In this document: positions 58,995-64,000 of the stretch, piece after piece
How the letters are laid out: each line of letters starts with the position of its first letter
How positions within the stretch are numbered: position 1 is the first letter of the stretch
Notes under the pieces: model-generated
What the model saw: the letters and a program-made list of their open reading frames with translations, nothing else
Databases searched by the model: none
Told to the model about the DNA's origin: nothing
From: Candidatus Dojkabacteria bacterium
GTDB lineage: Bacteria > Patescibacteriota > Dojkabacteria > B142 > JAFGMG01
DNA: 64,000 bases
Direction: 5' to 3'
Assembly: GCA_016927655.1 (NCBI GenBank)
Contig: JAFGMG010000005.1
Span: 75,991-139,990 of the forward strand
Position numbers and translations under genes: made by a program

Positions 58995-60410
58995 TTGTTA
59001 CTGCAAAACTTCATGGCCGTTCAAATTGACTATTTAGCCCCACGTGGCTGGGAGCCTCAAAATTCAGACGAAGATTATTTAATTGCATATTTCCAGATTT
59101 CACTAAAAGACGGAATTCCTGATGACAAATTTATGGATGCTGCTGCCACGGTTGCAGCTGAGTCGAGTACGGGGACATGGACAGTAGTTGATGAAGGTCC
59201 AAACGCCGGGATGGATAACGCTGAGCAGTATAGAGCTTTAGTCTTTGACATTGATAAAAAGAACAAGCGATTTAAAATTGCATATCCGGCGAATCTCTTT
59301 GAACTTGATAATATGTCTGGAATGCTTGCAGGATTCGCCGGGAATATCGGCGGAATGAAAGCGATCAAAGGCATGAGATTGCTCGATGTCAGATTTCCAA
59401 AAAGAATTGTCAAGGCATTTCCCGGGCCAAAGTTTGGCATACAGGGTCTACGAGACCTTCTGGGTCATTACGATGATATGGATGATAAACTCCGCCAGAA
59501 AATGCCGATCATGGGAACTGTCCCAAAACCAAAGGTCGGAAGGACTGCCGAGCAGCAAGCCGCACTTGCAAGAACTCTTTGGACAGCCGGAGATAATACT
59601 TATGACTTTATCAAAGATGATGAGAATTTGACATCTCTGCCATTTAATAATTTCTACGACAGGACAAAGCTGCTTTTAGAAACTCAGCACGATGTGGAAA
59701 ATACTTCAAAGAATAAAAGATTCACACTGCTAAATGCAACACATTCAAATTTCGAGGAAGTTGTACGAAGAGCTGAAGCGATTAGAGACGGCGGCGGCAG
59801 GTTTGTAATGCTTGATGTTGTTGTCTCGGGTTTCGGGACGCTGCATTCTTTGAGAAATGAAGATCTGGGGCTTGCGATTCATGCCCACCGCGCGATGCAT
59901 GCGTTTATGACCAGACATCAGCAGATCGAGAGCGGCAAGGATATTGTTGATTTTAGTATTTCGATGCTTGTACTGGCAAAAATTTATAGAATGCTTGGTG
60001 TGGATTCACTTCACACCGGTTCTCCAAAGGCAAAAATGGAGGATTATGGAGAAAGTGAAATAATAGCAGAAACGATTTCAACTGACGTTGTGAAGGCTAG
60101 CGAAAAAGATCTGACTCTTGGTCAAAACTGGTTTGGAATGAAAGAATCCTGGCCTGTGGCATCTGGAGGGCTTCATCCGGGCGTGTTAGATAAAGTTGTC
60201 GAAAAATTAGGGCCGAATATATTTATTCAGCTTGGAGGAGGAGTTCTGGGGCATCCTGAGGGTATTTCAAGAGGTGTTGAAGCTGCTCTTGAAGCTAGGA
60301 AAGTGATTGCTGCTGGCGGGACTGTGAAGGAATATGTAAAAAATAAGCCGGATTCTGCACTTGCCAAGGCAGTTGAGCTTTGGGGTTTTGAGCCAAGAGT
60401 GGTATATTGA
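58995..60410 (+). CDS. rbcL: Ribulose-1,5-bisphosphate carboxylase/oxygenase large-subunit homolog (form II/III-type)
   Basis: The hallmark RuBisCO motifs are all present: VAAESSTGTWT (N-domain), GTVPKPKVG (K175-equivalent), FIKDDENLTSLPF (carbamylated Lys in KDDE), AIHAHRAMHAF (His/Arg catalytic pair) and QLGGGVLGHPEG (phosphate-binding GGG loop). Length is 471 aa. No small subunit, PRK, or AMP-phosphorylase/R15P-isomerase gene is present in the window. Confidence 0.85.
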   Translation: MLLQNFMAVQIDYLAPRGWEPQNSDEDYLIAYFQISLKDGIPDDKFMDAAATVAAESSTGTWTVVDEGPNAGMDNAEQYRALVFDIDKKNKRFKIAYPANLFELDNMSGMLAGFAGNIGGMKAIKGMRLLDVRFPKRIVKAFPGPKFGIQGLRDLLGHYDDMDDKLRQKMPIMGTVPKPKVGRTAEQQAALARTLWTAGDNTYDFIKDDENLTSLPFNNFYDRTKLLLETQHDVENTSKNKRFTLLNATHSNFEEVVRRAEAIRDGGGRFVMLDVVVSGFGTLHSLRNEDLGLAIHAHRAMHAFMTRHQQIESGKDIVDFSISMLVLAKIYRMLGVDSLHTGSPKAKMEDYGESEIIAETISTDVVKASEKDLTLGQNWFGMKESWPVASGGLHPGVLDKVVEKLGPNIFIQLGGGVLGHPEGISRGVEAALEARKVIAAGGTVKEYVKNKPDSALAKAVELWGFEPRVVY

Positions 60411-60460
60411 TGGACCTCGGACATTGGATATGTATGGAGTGAGAGGTATGTGTCCTAGAA

Positions 60461-60630
60461 CCCTCTGACTTACTTTCTGTCACATTCGGTATGCATGTTC
60501 TGAAACGTTTCATTTAATGGATTTCCATTGAATTTCCATGTTTTTGCAAGTATTTGGCAATTTTTTTGATATAAAATACACTTATATTGGGTGCAGTAAT
60601 AGCAATGTGACAGAAAGTAAGTCAAGGGGT
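60461..60630. repeat. 26-bp inverted repeat (ccctctgacttactttctgtcacatt / aatgtgacagaaagtaagtcaaggggt) bracketing a ~118-nt promoter-like spacer upstream of the XRE gene at 60644
   Basis: The arms at 60461-60486 and 60604-60630 are reverse complements over 22 contiguous nt plus 4 more with one indel. The spacer contains ttgcaa-N18-gatata promoter-like hexamers and a short direct repeat (atttccat x2). Confidence 0.5.
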
Positions 60631-60643
60631 TTACAGACAGCAT

Positions 60644-60892
60644 ATGTTCAGAAACGAAGAGAAAAACTTAATTCGGCCAGATCCAGAAGAAATATCTTCT
60701 AAGTTATTAGAGCTGGCTTTCAAAATAAAACGGATCAGGCACGAACACACCATCACCGTAAGGGAACTTTCGGAGATTACTGGGATCAGCTCTCGCACTA
60801 TATGGAGACTGGAAAACGGCAAAACAGTAAAACTTGAAAGCTTGATCAAAATGCTCTATGTTTTCGGTTGCGATTTACGCATAGAAAACTAG
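60644..60892 (+). CDS. XRE-family HTH regulator (82 aa)
   Basis: HTH: ITVRELSEITGISSRTIWRLENGKTVKLESLIKMLYVFGCDL. Confidence 0.7.
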   Translation: MFRNEEKNLIRPDPEEISSKLLELAFKIKRIRHEHTITVRELSEITGISSRTIWRLENGKTVKLESLIKMLYVFGCDLRIEN

Positions 60893-60899
60893 CTAATTA

Positions 60900-61304
60900 T
60901 CAATAAATCCCTTCAACTCTGTAAGCTGCATTGTACAATTCTACAATTTCCCCTACCCTTTTGCCGATCAGGTTGCGTAAATTCTTCGCATCCACCCAGA
61001 GAGTGACATTAAAATCAATTGAGACAAGTTTGACCCTGGAAGTGAAATTTACAAAAATCTCTCTTCGTCGCTGTCTTTGAAGAATTTTTATCGAGTTCTC
61101 CAGTTTGGCAATACTTTTATCAAGTGCCTGTAATTTTGTCAGGACTCTCAAATATCTGGAATTTTTGAAATCAGGAAGTTCTTTTTCAAGCTTTTTTTTG
61201 AAATGATCCCGGATGACCTTGTACTCCCCTAGTCTCAAGCGCAGCTGAGTCAGAAGTTCTGTGGTGTCCATTGAAATTATTCTAAAAAATAAACTAACGG
61301 ACAC
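60900..61304 (-). CDS. Hypothetical protein (134 aa)
   Basis: Basic, coiled-coil-like ORF; no motif. Confidence 0.4.
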   Translation of the reverse strand: MSVSLFFRIISMDTTELLTQLRLRLGEYKVIRDHFKKKLEKELPDFKNSRYLRVLTKLQALDKSIAKLENSIKILQRQRRREIFVNFTSRVKLVSIDFNVTLWVDAKNLRNLIGKRVGEIVELYNAAYRVEGIY

Positions 61305-61318
61305 TATAATATTATTAT

Positions 61319-61903
61319 TTATTTGGTGAACTGAAAGTGAAGTCTTGCAAACTCAATAAAGGTCTGCCAATTTGTCCGCTGACTTATACTAAAAATTAAA
61401 CAAGTAGCTAGAAAAACAATTGGTGTAAATACAATTCCAGAAACCAGCTGATTCCTGAAAAATGGAAGCGCATTGATGTAGCTTTGCATAATTCCAGCAA
61501 GATTCTTGTCGTACATCGTGGTGGTAAGAACTACGCCGAAGTTTGTCCAGAGAAAGAAAATAATGTTTGAAAGAAGGCTGCCTCCTGTAGCAAAGAATAG
61601 TTTCTTCTGAGCACTTTTTGACTTCGCAAATTTATTGATGGCAATTCCAATAAACGGGCTTAGCAGGAATGCACTCCAGGTGAAAGTGAAAATGATCGTG
61701 TTGCCAAGCATAAGATCGCTCAAAACCATGATTCCAAGAGGAACAAGATATCCAAGATTCTTACTCTTGAGAAAAAATGGCGCAGTAATGCTCAATGCTG
61801 TGACCATTTCGATATTCGGCCCCATATGATAGATAGTCCTGGTTAGAATGCCGATCAAGGTGAAAGCCCCGATTAGAATCAAATCGGATTTAATGATTTT
61901 CAT
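61319..61903 (-). CDS. Small multi-pass membrane protein, possibly an ECF-transporter S-component-like substrate carrier
   Basis: Five or six TM helices in 194 aa. The topology resembles ECF S-components (QueT/BioY-like). No motif-level support. Confidence 0.4.
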   Translation of the reverse strand: MKIIKSDLILIGAFTLIGILTRTIYHMGPNIEMVTALSITAPFFLKSKNLGYLVPLGIMVLSDLMLGNTIIFTFTWSAFLLSPFIGIAINKFAKSKSAQKKLFFATGGSLLSNIIFFLWTNFGVVLTTTMYDKNLAGIMQSYINALPFFRNQLVSGIVFTPIVFLATCLIFSISQRTNWQTFIEFARLHFQFTK

Positions 61904-61921
61904 TATTCAATTTTATAATAA

Positions 61922-62374
61922 TTAGAATTGAATTTCGTCAATTACGAATTTTAAGCTGTCTCCTTCTTTAAGTTCATAGTCGCTGACTCCGACTGGAGCG
62001 TCTTCTCCATTTATCTGGAATTTCCAGAACTGGTTGCTTGCTGGTGTGACTCCACCAATAGAGCTAATCATTACTCCAAAGTCATACTCATCGTATTCGA
62101 AAGTGAAGTCTGAATTCGCAGTTAAATTGTTTAGAGCGTCAAATGCGCTTTGGCCTTCCTGTACGCTTGCTTGATAGGTTGCGGTATCAGTGATTTCAAC
62201 AGGTACTGTAAATACATTTGCTATGTCTGATTGCTGCTCTTGCTGTTCTTCCTGGACATCGTTTGTGTCTGAGTCGCTATTTGAAATGAGATAATAACCA
62301 AGGCCGATGAGTGCTGCAATTATGACTAGTGCAGCTGCTAGCGGGGCGAGTTTTCTTGCATTTTGTTTTTGCAT
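61922..62374 (-). CDS. Hypothetical secreted or anchored protein (150 aa)
   Basis: Signal anchor (LAPLAAALVIIAALIGLGYYLI) followed by an acidic region and a small domain. Confidence 0.45.
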   Translation of the reverse strand: MQKQNARKLAPLAAALVIIAALIGLGYYLISNSDSDTNDVQEEQQEQQSDIANVFTVPVEITDTATYQASVQEGQSAFDALNNLTANSDFTFEYDEYDFGVMISSIGGVTPASNQFWKFQINGEDAPVGVSDYELKEGDSLKFVIDEIQF

Positions 62375-62645
62375 CGAAACAATTTAATAAATATAAATAA
62401 AAAAAACTCCCCCAAGCTGGAGAGATTATTTAAAAAAATAATTTCCTGCTCGGGATATTGTAGACAATTCTCAGGTTCGGACTCTAACCGTTGCGGCACA
62501 GTGCGGGAATTTCCAAAATTTAAAAAGCTGGATCACCCGGTTCACTGAAAAATCGTCATGATGACTTTACCCCGGGAAATTTTTTATGTCAAGGATTTTT
62601 CTTCGAGAGCAAACTTTGTATTGTCGGGTACTACTCCTGGCGCAC

Positions 62646-62703
62646 TATTGAAAAATCGACATTTATGACACATACAGCATATTTGTCGATTTTTCGACAG
62701 TGA
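62646..62703. promoter_or_regulatory. Copy B of the repeated palindromic intergenic element (ctattGAAAAATCGACATTTATG-N10-CATATTTGTCGATTTTTCgacag)
   Basis: Near-identical to copy A at 1807-1862, including flanks (cactat... / ...agtg.tcct.aaag). Lies between the cysS stop and the start of 61922..62374(-). Confidence 0.5.
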
Positions 62704-62740
62704 GTCCTAAAGTACTATAGTCTTGGATATAGTTTTATGT

Positions 62741-64000
62741 TTATAAATCTTCAAACCAATCAGATTCGCCATCTTGTTTATCTTGGACTAATACATTGTA
62801 TTTCGACTTAAGAAGGGTTCGGATCTTATCTGCAGTTTCAAAATCGTTTGATTTTTTTGCGATTGCTCTTTGTTCAATAAGATCTTCTATTTGATTATAT
62901 TGATCATCAGTAAACACTCTAGGCATAACCTCGTTTGTTGTTAGTTTCAATCCAAGCACTTTATCGAATTCGAGTATCGTTGCGCGTTTGTCAGCATCTG
63001 GTTCTTCTGATTTAAGAATATCCCAGACTACTGCTAGAGCTTGCGGGAGATTGAAATCAGTTTCGAGTGACTCATCGAATTTCTTTTTATATTCTGAAAG
63101 TATTTTGCCGCCCTTTTGCATTTCTCTAAGTGTTGCAACAAGTTTCTTCCTTGCACTTTTTGCCCCTTCCAGTGCCTCCCAGGTGAAATTCTGCCTGGAT
63201 CTGTAGTGGGCCTGCAGTAGGAAATAGCGATAGTCCAGCGGATCGTAGCCTTTTTCTATTAATTGATCTAATGTGTAAATATTACCAAGCGACTTCGACA
63301 TTTTGCCTCCATCGATTAGAAGCATTTCGTGATGAAGCCAGTAATTTGCAAATTTCTTTCCATACCCGCACTCGCTCTGGGCAATCTCATTTGTATGGTG
63401 AACTTGTATATGCTCTACCCCGCCCATGTGAATATCAATCGGCTGGCCAAGGGTGTCTTCTGCCATGGCTGAACATTCTATGTGCCAGCCTGGGAAACCT
63501 GCTAGTATCGGCTGATCAATCCCTTTGAATTTTTTCTCCCATGTCTGCAGCGCGTTTGCATGAGAGCCGGTTTTGAAGAACCAGACGGCAAAATCATACG
63601 GCTTCTTTTTACCCGGATCATCTTCTCCTCCATGCCCTGCCCCGCCTATATTTTTCTCTAGATTTTGCCGGTTGAGTTCATTATATTTTGGAAATTTGTC
63701 TACCTCGAAATAGATCGCTTTGTCTGTAGCATATGCAAAACCTTTATTGATCAAATTCTGCACGAGTTCTACCATTTGGTCTATGTATTCTGTCGCTTTT
63801 GTTTCAAACGTTGGTTTTTCTACATTTAACTTCGTAAGATCGTCATGATAAATTTTTGTATATTTTTCTGTAATTTCTTTAGGGCTTAGGCCTTCCCGTT
63901 TTGCACCTTTTGCAATTTTGTCCTCTCCTTCATCGCCATCGCTGACAAGATGCCCGACGTCGGTGATATTTCTGGTGTATTTCACATCGTAGCCAAGAAA
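62741..64000 (-). CDS. cysS: Cysteine--tRNA ligase, partial (N-terminus beyond the window edge)
   Basis: The CysRS zinc/active-site region (FPGWHIECSAMAE) and the class-I KMSKS motif (KMSKSLGNIYTL) are present. The reading frame is open to nt 64000. Confidence 0.9.
   Translation of the reverse strand, partial: FLGYDVKYTRNITDVGHLVSDGDEGEDKIAKGAKREGLSPKEITEKYTKIYHDDLTKLNVEKPTFETKATEYIDQMVELVQNLINKGFAYATDKAIYFEVDKFPKYNELNRQNLEKNIGGAGHGGEDDPGKKKPYDFAVWFFKTGSHANALQTWEKKFKGIDQPILAGFPGWHIECSAMAEDTLGQPIDIHMGGVEHIQVHHTNEIAQSECGYGKKFANYWLHHEMLLIDGGKMSKSLGNIYTLDQLIEKGYDPLDYRYFLLQAHYRSRQNFTWEALEGAKSARKKLVATLREMQKGGKILSEYKKKFDESLETDFNLPQALAVVWDILKSEEPDADKRATILEFDKVLGLKLTTNEVMPRVFTDDQYNQIEDLIEQRAIAKKSNDFETADKIRTLLKSKYNVLVQDKQDGESDWFEDL

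Noticed and set aside
62400-62640. Possible tRNA or other small RNA in the cysS-downstream intergenic region (ggttcggactctaacc resembles a T-arm)
   Set aside because: I could not assemble an acceptor stem, D-arm and anticodon arm around it on either strand. It is not supported as a tRNA.
1-64000. CRISPR arrays, rRNA genes, transposase/integrase genes
   Set aside because: No regularly spaced direct repeats were seen. None of the ORF products shows DDE transposase, tyrosine/serine recombinase or Cas signatures. The only repeats are the palindromic elements reported above.

Overview
This 64 kb window is AT-rich and densely coded. The gene content suggests a reduced genome resembling an episymbiotic or CPR-type bacterium, but that lineage call is inference only. 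Recognisable housekeeping and metabolic genes include pyrG, a greA-like gene, a folC-like gene, a PduO-type corrinoid adenosyltransferase, a cyclophilin, a dinD-like gene, a two-subunit 2-oxoacid:ferredoxin oxidoreductase, an SPFH protein, a bona fide-looking form II/III-type RuBisCO large subunit, and a partial cysS at the right edge. The window also holds several one-component XRE regulators, orphan two-component parts, a GT1 glycosyltransferase and an MTS-type methyltransferase. Two accessory blocks dominate. The first (37467-48637) is a 3589-aa polymorphic toxin with an N-terminal subtilase, FG-GAP repeats, YD/RHS repeats, an Rhs core and an unassigned C-terminal toxin domain, followed by a small putative immunity gene. 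The second (12619-29587) is a ~17 kb block of function-unknown genes. Three of them are large proteins (1149, 762 and 1784 aa) that share the same unusual layout: a long charged coiled-coil followed by a glycine-zipper transmembrane segment near the C-terminus. The block also encodes a signal-peptide-bearing polytopic membrane protein (601 aa) and several small soluble proteins. No ATPase, relaxase, integrase, capsid or terminase signature is visible in this block. It is the best candidate here for an undescribed envelope or secretion-type apparatus, or a degenerate conjugative or phage-derived module. At small scale, a ~75-nt palindromic element occurs twice, at 1798-1875 and 62637-62715. A perfect 16-bp palindrome, TTGTATTGCAATACAA, also occurs twice in opposite orientations, upstream and downstream of the SPFH gene. 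A 26-bp inverted repeat brackets the promoter of an XRE gene just downstream of RuBisCO. No rRNA, tRNA or CRISPR array was recognised.
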